From a virus (taxonomy: Duplodnaviria > Caudoviricetes): 64,000 nucleotides of DNA. The notes below the pieces were generated by a model. It did no database searches. It saw nothing but the letters and a program-made list of their open reading frames with translations, and was not told where the DNA came from. The translations under genes and the position numbers were made by a program. Shown here piece by piece: positions 55,101 to 64,000 of this stretch (its first letter is position 1; every line of letters begins with the position of its first letter). The DNA lies in IMG/VR virus record IMGVR_UViG_3300005611_000001, one strand, 5' to 3'.

Positions 55101-58100
55101 AGTCTGTGTATAGTGGCGATTTTGTTCAGTCGTTTGAAGGGCAGTATACTGGTAACTTCTTAGAAATTTATTCTGGCAATTTTGAGACAGTTTACTCAGG
55201 AGATTTCACTGAAACTTTTGAGGGGCAATACACTTCGTCTTACGAAATTGACTATACTGGTAACTTCCTAGAAGAGTATGTTGATGATCAGTATACAGGC
55301 AACTATGTTTCTGAATATACTGGCGATTTTCTTACGGACTACACTGGTAACTTTGTTGAAAATTATATCGATGGTGTTTATCAGAGCGATTACGAACAAA
55401 CTTATACAAACGAATTCGGTACAAATTATACTGGTGATTTCTTAGACACTTACATCAGCGATAACTACGAATCTTCTTACGATACAAACTACCAAGACAG
55501 TCTCTACGCTAGCCAATATACACAAGAGTATACAGGCGATTATAATCAGGCTTACATTCTAATTTTCCAAGAAGCGTATGCTCAAGCTGAACTAACATAT
55601 AGCAGCTACGAAGGTGCTGCAACATACACTGGCGATTATCTTTCGGATTATCAGTTTGATTATGAAAGAAGATATGAAAGCACCTTTACTACAATTTATA
55701 ATTCAGAACAATATGAAGCGACATTTGACAATCCCACTCCCTACGAGACTCTTTACAACACGCCTGAAGTTTACTCGCAAGGATATGTCGAAGAATACGT
55801 TGGAACTGTCACAACAGCTTATGGCGGTTCTGATTATGTTCAAGATTTTCAAGGCGGAGGTTACACAACTGGTGATCAAGATGACGTAGATACTACCACT
55901 TATTTTAGAGGTGATGTAGAGATTTACGTTGGTGATTATCTTGGATCAGGATATTACGAACAGAATTATCAGCAAGGTGATGGTAATTATGTTAATAGTC
56001 AGTATCTGCCTCCGAATACTCCCCCAGGTGTTGCCCCAAATCTCGCGGCTGGCGGCATAACATATGTCGCTGGGACAGGTGATGGAAATATTTATGCGCA
56101 AACTTATCAAAGCCCGAGCACCAGTTCGGGCGCTGACAACTTTCTAAACACTGACTATTATCTTGGCGGTGTGTCTTACGTCCACGGCTATGTGCCTGGT
56201 GGGGATGATAATTTTATAAATTATACCTCAGGGGTGCCCGTCGCTCCAGATCGTGGAACGGTTTATTATGGTCCTAGTGGCAGTTATTCCGGCGAGAGGT
56301 CAATTGACTACACAGGAACACTTTCAGGCAGTTATCAAGCTGATTATATATTCTTCTCTATATCATATACTGGGCCTACTGGTTCTTATGTTGGTGGTGG
56401 CTACGAAGAAGTATATATTTCAGAAGGCGATCCTATAATAGTGACCGGCGAACCTACTGGGTATTCAGGTCCCTTGACTGGCGATCCTGGATATCCTACC
56501 GTCACAACTTTCACAGGACCTGAAACTCTAAGTGATGATGTGGCAGTTGGTTATGTCCCTTCATATGTAGGAACTTATACACCAGCAGATTACATAGGTA
56601 CTTATGTCGGAGGTTTCGAAAGCCCAGATGCTTTAGGTTATACTGGTGATTATACTGGCAATTATGATGCTGACATCTATTCTCAGTTTTTTGAGTCCGG
56701 GCTCTTCTCTCTTGATGATATTTATGAAGGTGTGATTTATAGCCCGAATGTTTATATAGAAGGCGGCCGCGGGCCTAACCAACTTGGTATCCCGCAATTG
56801 CTCGGGACCTTCTATTATGGACCGCAAGGTGTATTTACTGTAGCATACTTAGGTCCTTTAGGTTGGTTTATTGGGTCAAACCCTGCTTTTTACATTGGTC
56901 CTTATGTGGATACTTATGAAACATTATTTGCAGAAAGAAGTAATGTATACGAACAATCTTATCAAGATGGTTACTTAGACAGCAGCTATCAAGGGGAAAA
57001 TTTCGAAAGCGGGGATGTTTTCGAAGCTCCTCCTTATTCTGGAGATGCCGCCAACTATTTTGGCATCGTCCCCGGGGGCGCCACCGTTAATTATATAACC
57101 AACCCGACTTATGGTGCTTTTCCCGATGGCGGACCCGACGCTGGATATCTCTCACTAGGTGCAGCATTTACTGACGCTATACCCTATACGTCTGGTTATA
57201 CAGACGATCTTCAACCAGGAGACGGTCAAGATAACGTCTATCTGTCTGGTTATGGCGGTGGTTATGAGACTTCAAATGAAGTTTACCAGGGTAATCTCGG
57301 CAATACTTATACAGTTATTAACGAGTATATTGGTGATTATCTCACTGGTGGTTTTATTGCGACTTTTTCCATTAGAGAACAATCGTATGGAGGTTATGAA
57401 GGATATGAAGGTAGCTATCTTGCACCTCCAATTACCACCTATTATGGTCCTTTTGGGAGCTTCGGCGCGCTTTCAGTGTATCAAGGCGTTCCCGCTTATA
57501 CTACAGGATATAGTTACCCCGACTCAATAGATTATTTGGGTTCGTATGTAGGTCCTCCCTCTACTTATTATGGTCCTGGCGGGGGTTTTAGTACACCTCC
57601 TTATGAAGCTGGTAGTACAGACCTTGAAACTTTTGCGGGGACATATGGTTCTGGCGGTGATACAACTGTATATGTCGGTCCAGGTAATCCATATGAAAGT
57701 CAAAACTTATATACTCAAAATTCATATGAAGGACCTGACCAACTTTTTGGGGCGAAGGGATTTGCTACACCTTATAGTGGTTTTGAAAACCAAACTACTT
57801 ATTACGGGCCTCTGCAATATTATATTGGGGGCGAGGAGATCATACTTCCTGGTGATATTATAATACCCGGGCAGCTGCCCGAGGTTGAGCCTCCAGCGTC
57901 TGGTACGACAGACGGTATTGCTTTTGTCGGTGATCTTGCACCAGTTACTTATGGTGCTCATTATATAAATGAAGGCCCTATAACGTATGAAGGCCCTAAA
58001 CTTTTAAATTCGAGTGGAATTTATGCAGGACCAGGCAATTTTGTGGGACCTATAGTTTATATAGGGCTTGTTTACTATGGTCCCGCCGGACAGTTCGCCG

Positions 58101-61100
58101 CTGGGACTGTGTATTCAAGTGACACGAATTATCTAGGTGAGTCTTTTGCTGTTGAATATCTTAGTGACTCATATGTAGATTATTTGACGCCCGGGCCCGC
58201 GGTAGCAAATTACAGTGGTCCTATCGGCACGTATTCCGGTAATATTGCCTATGCGGGCGCTGGGTTCATTGCTTATGAAGGTACCGATTACATTTCAGAT
58301 CACTATATCGATCCTTATGTCTCAACATATGTTAGCGATATAGTTACTCTTTATCTTGGACTTCATGATGGATCTTATTCAAGAAGCTATGTAGGAACTT
58401 ATATAGATGGGTCTGAATCTGGAGAATACATTTCAGAAGAATATGTCGGTACAGGCGACGCTTATCTAGGAAAAGTGACAATCGGACAGTTTGAAGGTGG
58501 TGGCTTCGTTGGTGGTGTCGAAGATCCATACGTTGTTTCTTATGACGAAGCAAATGCTGAAGAATTGTACACAGTTACTTATGAAGCTCAAGAGCTTGAA
58601 ACGTTTACGACTGCAGAATATGAAATAGGGCCCTTTCATCAGATCGAACAATGGCCTGATTATATGGGCCCATTGTCGGATCTTGAAGTTACATACACGG
58701 AAATATTAGGTTATTCAGAGATATACGGAAATACTTATGCTGGCGGTATTGTTAGCACATACACTCCTGCGGGCACAACTTATACAGGTAATTATACAAC
58801 ACCTGTACCTCGAGGTGTAGGAGATTATATTTTTGGTACAGCTAGTTATGATAACCAAGCATATCTTAGCCCCTTTCCTCAAGTCACCTATGTAGGTCCA
58901 ACGGGAATCTTTACAGCTGTTACTGATTATCAAGCTGGCTATGTTGGATTCATTCAAGCTAACTATGGTGGTTACTTAAGACAAATAGTGGGTCCTCCAA
59001 CTTTGGGCGATTATGCCACTAATTTTACTGCTGGTGTTTACGAACAAACATTTTCTTCTGGTCCTTATATCACAGAAGCGAATATTGTTTTCGAACAATC
59101 ATATGTGACGCTTCTAGATGCTGATTACCAGACTGCATACACAGGAACGTTTGCTGCAAACTATGAAGCAACTTATATTGGTGATTATCTAACAGATTAT
59201 GTTAGTGCAACAGGAAAAAATGTTGTCTACACTGGTAATTTTGTTGTCGATTACCTGACAGATTCTTATATCACAGATTACGAGCAAGAAGTTCCTGTCG
59301 ATCAATACGGCGGCGAATATTCAGAGACATATGAGTCTGATTATGAGGGTACTTATTCTGGCACTTATACTTCAGGGTATGAGGGAATCTATACTGGTAA
59401 CTTCACAGTAACATATTCTGGCGACTACATTACCGATTACATTGAAATTTACAGCGGCGATTTTGAAGGTCAATACACCGGTGACTTCTTAGACACCTAT
59501 ACTGGTAACTTCACTGATAGTTACGCTTCTGATTACGAAGATGTGTTTGAAGGTCAATACACTGGTGATTTCCTTGAAACGTTCACTGACTCTTTTGAAG
59601 ATATTTATGTTCAAGAGCAATACACCGGTAACTTCTTAGAAAACTATACTGGTGATTATGTTTCTGATTACACTGGTGATTATGAGTCTGATTACGTTGA
59701 CGATCAGTATAGCGGAAACTATGTTTCTGACTACACTGGTAACTTCTTGCAGAACTTCCTTGGTACTTACACTGGTGATTTCCTTCAAGTTTATACAGGA
59801 AATTATGAAACGGATTATGAGCAAGACGTTTATGCTGGTAATTACATTTCCGATTACACTGGTGATTTTGTAAATACTTACACTGGTAACTTTGTCGAAA
59901 ATTATGTTGACGATTTGTACACTGGTAACTTCTTAGAAGAATACGTTGGTAACTTTACTGACAACTTTGAAGGGCAGTATACTGGTGAATATCAATCTGA
60001 TTATATCGGTAACTTTGTTGAAGAATATGTTGGCAACTTCTTAGATACGTTCGAAGGTCAATACACCGGCGATTATGCTAGCGACTATGAAGGTAACTAT
60101 ACTTCGGATTACGAGACAAATTACGAAGTCACTTTCTTGGGTGTTTACTCCGGCGATTTCTTGGCGAGCTATACCGGCAACTTCATTGAAGAATATACTG
60201 GTAACTTCATAGCGCCGTTTGAAGGTCAATATACAGGTGACTATGTAGACGAATATTCTGGTAATTTTGTCGAAGAATATATCGGCGATTTCCTTGACAT
60301 TTTTGCTGGTCAGTATACCGGTGATTATGTTGATCAGTACACTGGCAACTTCATTGAAGAATACACTGGTGATTTTGTTGACGACTTTGAAGGTAGCTAT
60401 ACCGGCAATTATGTTTCTGATTACACTGGTAACTTTACTCAGAACTACACTGGTGACTTCACAGAAATCTTCGAAGGGCAGTATAGCGGCAACTATGTTT
60501 CTGGATATGAAGGCAACTTCATTGAAGAATACACTGGTGACTTTACTGACAACTTTGAAGGGCAGTATACAGGCAACTTCTTAGACACCTACACTGGAAA
60601 CTATACCGAAGAGTACACTGGTGACTTCACAGAAGTCTTTGAAGGGCAATATGCTACTGACTATGAAAGCGAATACACTGGTAACTTCGAAACAATCTAC
60701 ACTGGCGACTTTACCGATAACTTCCTGGGTGAATATACTGGTGAATTCCAAGATACTTTTGAAGGTCAGTACAGTGCAGAATTTACTGAAATTTACGAAG
60801 GACCCTTCGTACTAGTTTACACTGGTGATTTCGAAGAGCCTTATGAAGGGCTTTACACAGGCGATTTCATCGACAACTACAGTGGTGAATATGCGTCGGA
60901 TTACACTGGTGACTTCACTGCTCAGTTCGAAGGTCAATACACAGGTAACTTTGTAGTTGAATACACAGGTAACTTTATCGATCAGTATTCGGGCGACTTC
61001 ACAGAAACATTTGAAGGTCAGTACGTTGATCAATATCTGACTGATTATGTTGCTGAGTTTGTTGACACTTTCGCAGCACCGCAATATACAGGCGATTACG

Positions 61101-63856
61101 AGTCTACCTACACTGGTGATTTCTTAACTCAATACACTGGTGATTTTTCTGATACTTATGTCGACGATCAATACACTGGTAACTTTGCTGTAGTATACTC
61201 TGGTAACTTCACAGAAACTTATGAAGATCGAGCAACTATCGTTTTCGATGCTGTACAATATACTGGTGAATTCGAAGAAAACTATGAAACCGATACTTAC
61301 ACTGGTAATTTTGAAACAAATTACACGGGCGACTTCTTAGACACTTACACAGCAGAGTTTACAAATAACTTCATTTCTGCACAGTACGAAGCATCGTTTG
61401 TCGAGACATACGTCGGCGATTTCTTGTTGGCGTACACTGGTAACTTTGTAGCATCATTTGAAGCCGCTGTGCAATATGAAACTTCGTTTGAATCAAACTA
61501 TGTTGATAATTTATACACAGGCGATGCTGTAGTACAATACACAGGAAACTTCGATTTCTCGTTTGAAGGTCAGTACACAGGCGACTACACTTCTGGATAC
61601 GAGGGTAATTTTGCAGGGCAATACACTGGTGACTTCTTAGTTGGCTTTGCTGGTGTTTACACAGGCGACTTCACTCAAATTTATACCGGCGATTTCTCTC
61701 AGACATACACCGGTGATTTTACTGCAAACTTCCAAGCAACTTACACAGGCAACTTTACACAGAATTTCGCAGGTGTTTATACCGGCGATTTCTCTCAGAC
61801 ATACACCGGTGATTTTGTCGGTACTGATCTAGAAACTTATACTAGTCCTGATGCTTGGACTTCATATTTTGAAAGCCTTAGTGCCCCAGTTTATTACTGG
61901 CGGGAGTTTAACGGTGTACCTACTACTCTTTATTGGAATAGTACGTTTATAGGAGTCCCACCTCCTAGCAGCCCTGCTACATGGACTACTGGCGGATATG
62001 AATATCAGCGCGCAATCAATCCTTTTACAACAGCCACTACAAAGGCGGGAACTGATAGGTGGTATGCTGTAAGAAGACGCTCTGTTTCTGTTAACTACAC
62101 CGGCGATTACTCTGCTGCTTTTGCTGAAAACTTTGTAGCGTCTGGAACAACGCAGTTCACTGGACCTAGTTACACTGGTGATTTTACATCACCTTTCTCT
62201 GCTCCAATTTACACTGGTGATTTTGCTGAAAACTTTGTAGCGTCTGGAACAACGCAGTTCACTGGTAACTTTACAGCAAGCTATGAAGCACCCACATATA
62301 TTGGTAACTTCTTAGCAACATACACTGGTGACTATGCAAGCAATTTTGATTCTCCTTTCCAGAATACTTTTGCAGGCTCTTCATACACTAGTACGTTTGT
62401 CGAAACTTATCAAGGTGATTTTTCGCTTTCTTTCGAAGGGCAATACCTAGGTAATTATCTGAGCCAGTACGAAGGCTCTTATCTTGGTGACTTCGTTCAA
62501 AGCTATACAGGCAATTTTGCAGTTGAATATACTGGTAACTTTATTGCTCAGTTTGAAGGGCAGTACACAGGAAACTTTGCTGCAGAATATACTGGTAATT
62601 TCTTAGCAACTTTTACTTCTGACAATCCTCAAGACTACACAGGCAATTATATAGGTACTTTTGCAGCAAGCTTTAACGCAGAATATACTGGTGATTTCGT
62701 TCTAGAGTACACTGGTGACTTCTTAGAAGATTATCAAGCAGACTTTGTTGAAATCTTCGAAGGTCAATACGTTGGTGATTTCTCAGATACTTATGAAGGC
62801 AATTTCCTTACTGACTATACTGGTAACTTTACTCAAATCTTTGAGGGGCAGTACACAGGTAACTTCATCGACATTTATGTCGCTGATTACGAGACTACAT
62901 ACATTGATGATCAGTACACTGGTAATTTCATAGAGACATATGAAAGCGACTATGAATCTCCTTATCAAGGCGATTTCACTGCAGGATTTACTGATCAGTA
63001 TACGGGCAATTACCTTGATGAATATACAGGTGATTATGCTGGCACATATACTTCAGAATACGCTTCTGATTATGCTGGTACATACGTCGGAACTTTCGTA
63101 GAAATTTACGGCGGCGCTTATCAGTCTGAATACACTGCTGAATTTACAGAGAATTTTGAAGGTCAATATACCGGCAACTTCTTAGAAGAGTATGTTGGAA
63201 ACTTTGAAACAGTTTATACTGGTGACTTTACAGAAATCTTTGAAGGCCAATATACAGGTGATTTCCTTGAGACATATATCGGAAATTATCAAGATGAATA
63301 CACTGGAGATTTCATTCAAAATTATGAGCAAGATTATTCTGGCAATTTCCAAAGCATTTACACTGGTAACTTTACTGAAGCGTATAGCGGCGACTTTGTA
63401 GCTACATATACTGAAACAAATACGATTGATTACACTGGTAATTACCTTGCTACATTCAGCGATACATATAGCGGAAATTACACACCAGATTATGAAGCAG
63501 ATGGTGTTAATGAAGCTTATGCACAAGAGTATATTGAGCAAGATTACGAATCAGAATATCTGTCTGATTTTGACGGCAGCATATATACAAGAACAGTAGA
63601 GTCTACTTACGAAGGCGCTGCACAAGGGTTACCGTTTAGTGCAGACTATAGTGGTGCTGAAATCACTGAAGATTACACTAGTGATTTCGAAGGCGACGAT
63701 GACATTGAAACTTATCAGGACGATTATACAGGGATTAATTATGAAACCGCATATGCGGATGACATTGAAGTAACAGTTGCTTATCTAAGAGAAGCAGTTC
63801 TTTCTTCAACGCCAACAACAATAGAAACTTACACACTTTATGTTCGTGTTGCTTAA
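52112..63856 (+). CDS. 3914-aa acidic Tyr/Phe-tetrad repeat protein (probable late structural fibre)
   Basis: ~400-aa non-repetitive N-terminus, then ~3400 aa of mostly Y/F-x-x-x units (YTGD, YTGN, FEGQ), short C-terminal TIETYTLYVRVA. Confidence 0.85.
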   Translation: MPVRPLKHLNAGALKELLISEEDYLAYRAGVHLGKMNIESAAALSQDTRGELVGIFEDTFYGSGSGPVTGQTYARAYSVTHLSDQSSAHQVTIEEPITPLPSTVNVNDSLAITVSGNAISTGTGYEEIEYQLGLSGTASYSITSVSTTPAATNVAGLQASWEDYATGSLSGSYEATFTIQFTASGTVNVTLNASSTDIENAAPGASDSHNFSTISVQPGVQPIALGTVSEIYQNKVEDYPLDLTNNLVRNPFYWDTSRNGLKEMSGAELDVVCERLVKKIMANEMPGSFRLSAFSPGADWQVFLEDVFTDTRGDGTTFDYSIWIRTSGTAPTPVKPVGPVRTNNIFSGIRELSDLETEYTFGERMKKVIMDTGIGTYEMRKSGDGPPTAPGTWVARGSAVDTRQSFAAGASYEGTSTYEVPYNTDYAGTYTGDYSGNYTPNYEGTYVNEYSPQYTDSYTGDYTGDYTGTFEGDYVETYTGNFLQQYTQDYTGDYVGSYTPTYAGTDIEEPYTTPYEGLESEEQYTVDFETANYTGNFIEEYSGDFTTNYTGDYVATYVEELYAGNYVSEYTGDYESPYTGNFLETYVDDQYTGNYESDYTGDYESAYTGDFTETYVDDQYTGDFLQEYTGDFLTQYVGDFLETYVQEQYTGDFSDTYTDDLYTGNFLENYTGDYESNYATQFQETYVDDQYTGNFLENYTGDYESDYTGDFTENYIDDTYIGNFTEVYTGDYVSAYAGDYISNYIDDQYTGNYIDAYTGDFTVVYSGDFETNYVDEIYAGNFVEVYSGDFTDSYITSYVETYLQADYTGNYQSPYTGDFIETYTGNFETNYTQEIYSGDFESTYAGDYESTYTGNYTSDYEVAPYTGDYLTDYTGDFIETYTGEFIENYVDDQYSGDYESAYTGDFLETYTGDFAQNFIDAVYTGDYESPYTGDFTESFEGQYTGDYESSYTGNFLETYSGDYVTSFAGNYITDYTVDYTGNFIEEYIDDIYTGDYESVYSGDFVQSFEGQYTGNFLEIYSGNFETVYSGDFTETFEGQYTSSYEIDYTGNFLEEYVDDQYTGNYVSEYTGDFLTDYTGNFVENYIDGVYQSDYEQTYTNEFGTNYTGDFLDTYISDNYESSYDTNYQDSLYASQYTQEYTGDYNQAYILIFQEAYAQAELTYSSYEGAATYTGDYLSDYQFDYERRYESTFTTIYNSEQYEATFDNPTPYETLYNTPEVYSQGYVEEYVGTVTTAYGGSDYVQDFQGGGYTTGDQDDVDTTTYFRGDVEIYVGDYLGSGYYEQNYQQGDGNYVNSQYLPPNTPPGVAPNLAAGGITYVAGTGDGNIYAQTYQSPSTSSGADNFLNTDYYLGGVSYVHGYVPGGDDNFINYTSGVPVAPDRGTVYYGPSGSYSGERSIDYTGTLSGSYQADYIFFSISYTGPTGSYVGGGYEEVYISEGDPIIVTGEPTGYSGPLTGDPGYPTVTTFTGPETLSDDVAVGYVPSYVGTYTPADYIGTYVGGFESPDALGYTGDYTGNYDADIYSQFFESGLFSLDDIYEGVIYSPNVYIEGGRGPNQLGIPQLLGTFYYGPQGVFTVAYLGPLGWFIGSNPAFYIGPYVDTYETLFAERSNVYEQSYQDGYLDSSYQGENFESGDVFEAPPYSGDAANYFGIVPGGATVNYITNPTYGAFPDGGPDAGYLSLGAAFTDAIPYTSGYTDDLQPGDGQDNVYLSGYGGGYETSNEVYQGNLGNTYTVINEYIGDYLTGGFIATFSIREQSYGGYEGYEGSYLAPPITTYYGPFGSFGALSVYQGVPAYTTGYSYPDSIDYLGSYVGPPSTYYGPGGGFSTPPYEAGSTDLETFAGTYGSGGDTTVYVGPGNPYESQNLYTQNSYEGPDQLFGAKGFATPYSGFENQTTYYGPLQYYIGGEEIILPGDIIIPGQLPEVEPPASGTTDGIAFVGDLAPVTYGAHYINEGPITYEGPKLLNSSGIYAGPGNFVGPIVYIGLVYYGPAGQFAAGTVYSSDTNYLGESFAVEYLSDSYVDYLTPGPAVANYSGPIGTYSGNIAYAGAGFIAYEGTDYISDHYIDPYVSTYVSDIVTLYLGLHDGSYSRSYVGTYIDGSESGEYISEEYVGTGDAYLGKVTIGQFEGGGFVGGVEDPYVVSYDEANAEELYTVTYEAQELETFTTAEYEIGPFHQIEQWPDYMGPLSDLEVTYTEILGYSEIYGNTYAGGIVSTYTPAGTTYTGNYTTPVPRGVGDYIFGTASYDNQAYLSPFPQVTYVGPTGIFTAVTDYQAGYVGFIQANYGGYLRQIVGPPTLGDYATNFTAGVYEQTFSSGPYITEANIVFEQSYVTLLDADYQTAYTGTFAANYEATYIGDYLTDYVSATGKNVVYTGNFVVDYLTDSYITDYEQEVPVDQYGGEYSETYESDYEGTYSGTYTSGYEGIYTGNFTVTYSGDYITDYIEIYSGDFEGQYTGDFLDTYTGNFTDSYASDYEDVFEGQYTGDFLETFTDSFEDIYVQEQYTGNFLENYTGDYVSDYTGDYESDYVDDQYSGNYVSDYTGNFLQNFLGTYTGDFLQVYTGNYETDYEQDVYAGNYISDYTGDFVNTYTGNFVENYVDDLYTGNFLEEYVGNFTDNFEGQYTGEYQSDYIGNFVEEYVGNFLDTFEGQYTGDYASDYEGNYTSDYETNYEVTFLGVYSGDFLASYTGNFIEEYTGNFIAPFEGQYTGDYVDEYSGNFVEEYIGDFLDIFAGQYTGDYVDQYTGNFIEEYTGDFVDDFEGSYTGNYVSDYTGNFTQNYTGDFTEIFEGQYSGNYVSGYEGNFIEEYTGDFTDNFEGQYTGNFLDTYTGNYTEEYTGDFTEVFEGQYATDYESEYTGNFETIYTGDFTDNFLGEYTGEFQDTFEGQYSAEFTEIYEGPFVLVYTGDFEEPYEGLYTGDFIDNYSGEYASDYTGDFTAQFEGQYTGNFVVEYTGNFIDQYSGDFTETFEGQYVDQYLTDYVAEFVDTFAAPQYTGDYESTYTGDFLTQYTGDFSDTYVDDQYTGNFAVVYSGNFTETYEDRATIVFDAVQYTGEFEENYETDTYTGNFETNYTGDFLDTYTAEFTNNFISAQYEASFVETYVGDFLLAYTGNFVASFEAAVQYETSFESNYVDNLYTGDAVVQYTGNFDFSFEGQYTGDYTSGYEGNFAGQYTGDFLVGFAGVYTGDFTQIYTGDFSQTYTGDFTANFQATYTGNFTQNFAGVYTGDFSQTYTGDFVGTDLETYTSPDAWTSYFESLSAPVYYWREFNGVPTTLYWNSTFIGVPPPSSPATWTTGGYEYQRAINPFTTATTKAGTDRWYAVRRRSVSVNYTGDYSAAFAENFVASGTTQFTGPSYTGDFTSPFSAPIYTGDFAENFVASGTTQFTGNFTASYEAPTYIGNFLATYTGDYASNFDSPFQNTFAGSSYTSTFVETYQGDFSLSFEGQYLGNYLSQYEGSYLGDFVQSYTGNFAVEYTGNFIAQFEGQYTGNFAAEYTGNFLATFTSDNPQDYTGNYIGTFAASFNAEYTGDFVLEYTGDFLEDYQADFVEIFEGQYVGDFSDTYEGNFLTDYTGNFTQIFEGQYTGNFIDIYVADYETTYIDDQYTGNFIETYESDYESPYQGDFTAGFTDQYTGNYLDEYTGDYAGTYTSEYASDYAGTYVGTFVEIYGGAYQSEYTAEFTENFEGQYTGNFLEEYVGNFETVYTGDFTEIFEGQYTGDFLETYIGNYQDEYTGDFIQNYEQDYSGNFQSIYTGNFTEAYSGDFVATYTETNTIDYTGNYLATFSDTYSGNYTPDYEADGVNEAYAQEYIEQDYESEYLSDFDGSIYTRTVESTYEGAAQGLPFSADYSGAEITEDYTSDFEGDDDIETYQDDYTGINYETAYADDIEVTVAYLREAVLSSTPTTIETYTLYVRVA

Positions 63857-63870
63857 AATATGGAGTTATT

Positions 63871-64000
63871 ATGGGTTACAAATATTTAGATAATGCTTTT
63901 TGGGAAGCAGATGACAGATCGGTAATGAAATGTATTCGTTTGACTGATCAACCTGATGGTAAGCAGAAAAAAGAAGTTCTACAACTTGCTAGAATTCGAT
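63871..64000 (+). CDS. hypothetical protein, truncated by window end
   Basis: GGAG RBS; MGYKYLDNAFWEADDRSVMKCIRL... Confidence 0.6.
   Translation, partial: MGYKYLDNAFWEADDRSVMKCIRLTDQPDGKQKKEVLQLARIR

Noticed and set aside
52505-63541. Many short alternative-frame and antisense ORFs inside the giant gene (and similar shadows in gp32, gp6, VrlC-like)
   Set aside because: By-products of repetitive codon usage; no RBS and no recognisable motifs
53340-63790. Ice-nucleation protein
   Set aside because: Lacks the AGYGSTxT-type octapeptide/16-mer register; periodicity is aromatic tetrads and the protein is strongly acidic
52112-63856. Diversity-generating retroelement target
   Set aside because: No reverse transcriptase in the window and no TR/VR pair differing only at adenines; the near-repeats found are exact duplications
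1-64000. Stop-codon reassignment
   Set aside because: Conserved genes (gp6, gp32, thyX, 1796-aa fibre) are full length under the standard code with dense tiling

Overview
Entirely bacteriophage DNA, but apparently from two different lineages. LEFT (1 to at least ~22.7 kb) has T5-like (Demerecviridae-type) organisation. It contains a minus-strand late block (T5-type terminase small subunit, two HNH nucleases, six small very basic proteins, a promoter-driven operon of exported proteins), a probable genome end (~9.4-9.8 kb), a pre-early-like region (dmp 5'-dNMP phosphatase, DEDDh exonuclease, A2-like proteins, a non-coding promoter/repeat island with an 8x16-bp array), then early genes, 2 tRNAs, bS21, and a PlcP-like phospholipase (partial, at the window edge) plus an Agt-like GT4 glycosyltransferase. 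RIGHT (at least 28.4 kb to the end, probably from ~23-26 kb) is a T4-like myovirus: thyX, gp33, gp32, tail/baseplate genes (gp26/51, 54, 2, 4, 48, 53, split gp5, 25, 6, 8), TATAAATA late promoters, a 1796-aa VrlC-like fibre and a 3914-aa aromatic-tetrad repeat protein. The two halves may be an assembly chimera. Top leads: phage-borne phosphorus-starvation lipid remodelling genes, a start-codon-less gp51 domain reachable only by a -1 frameshift, the giant YTG(D/N) repeat protein, the exported pilin-like operon and the injection-stop-like island. All family assignments are from motif recognition by eye; no database searches were run.
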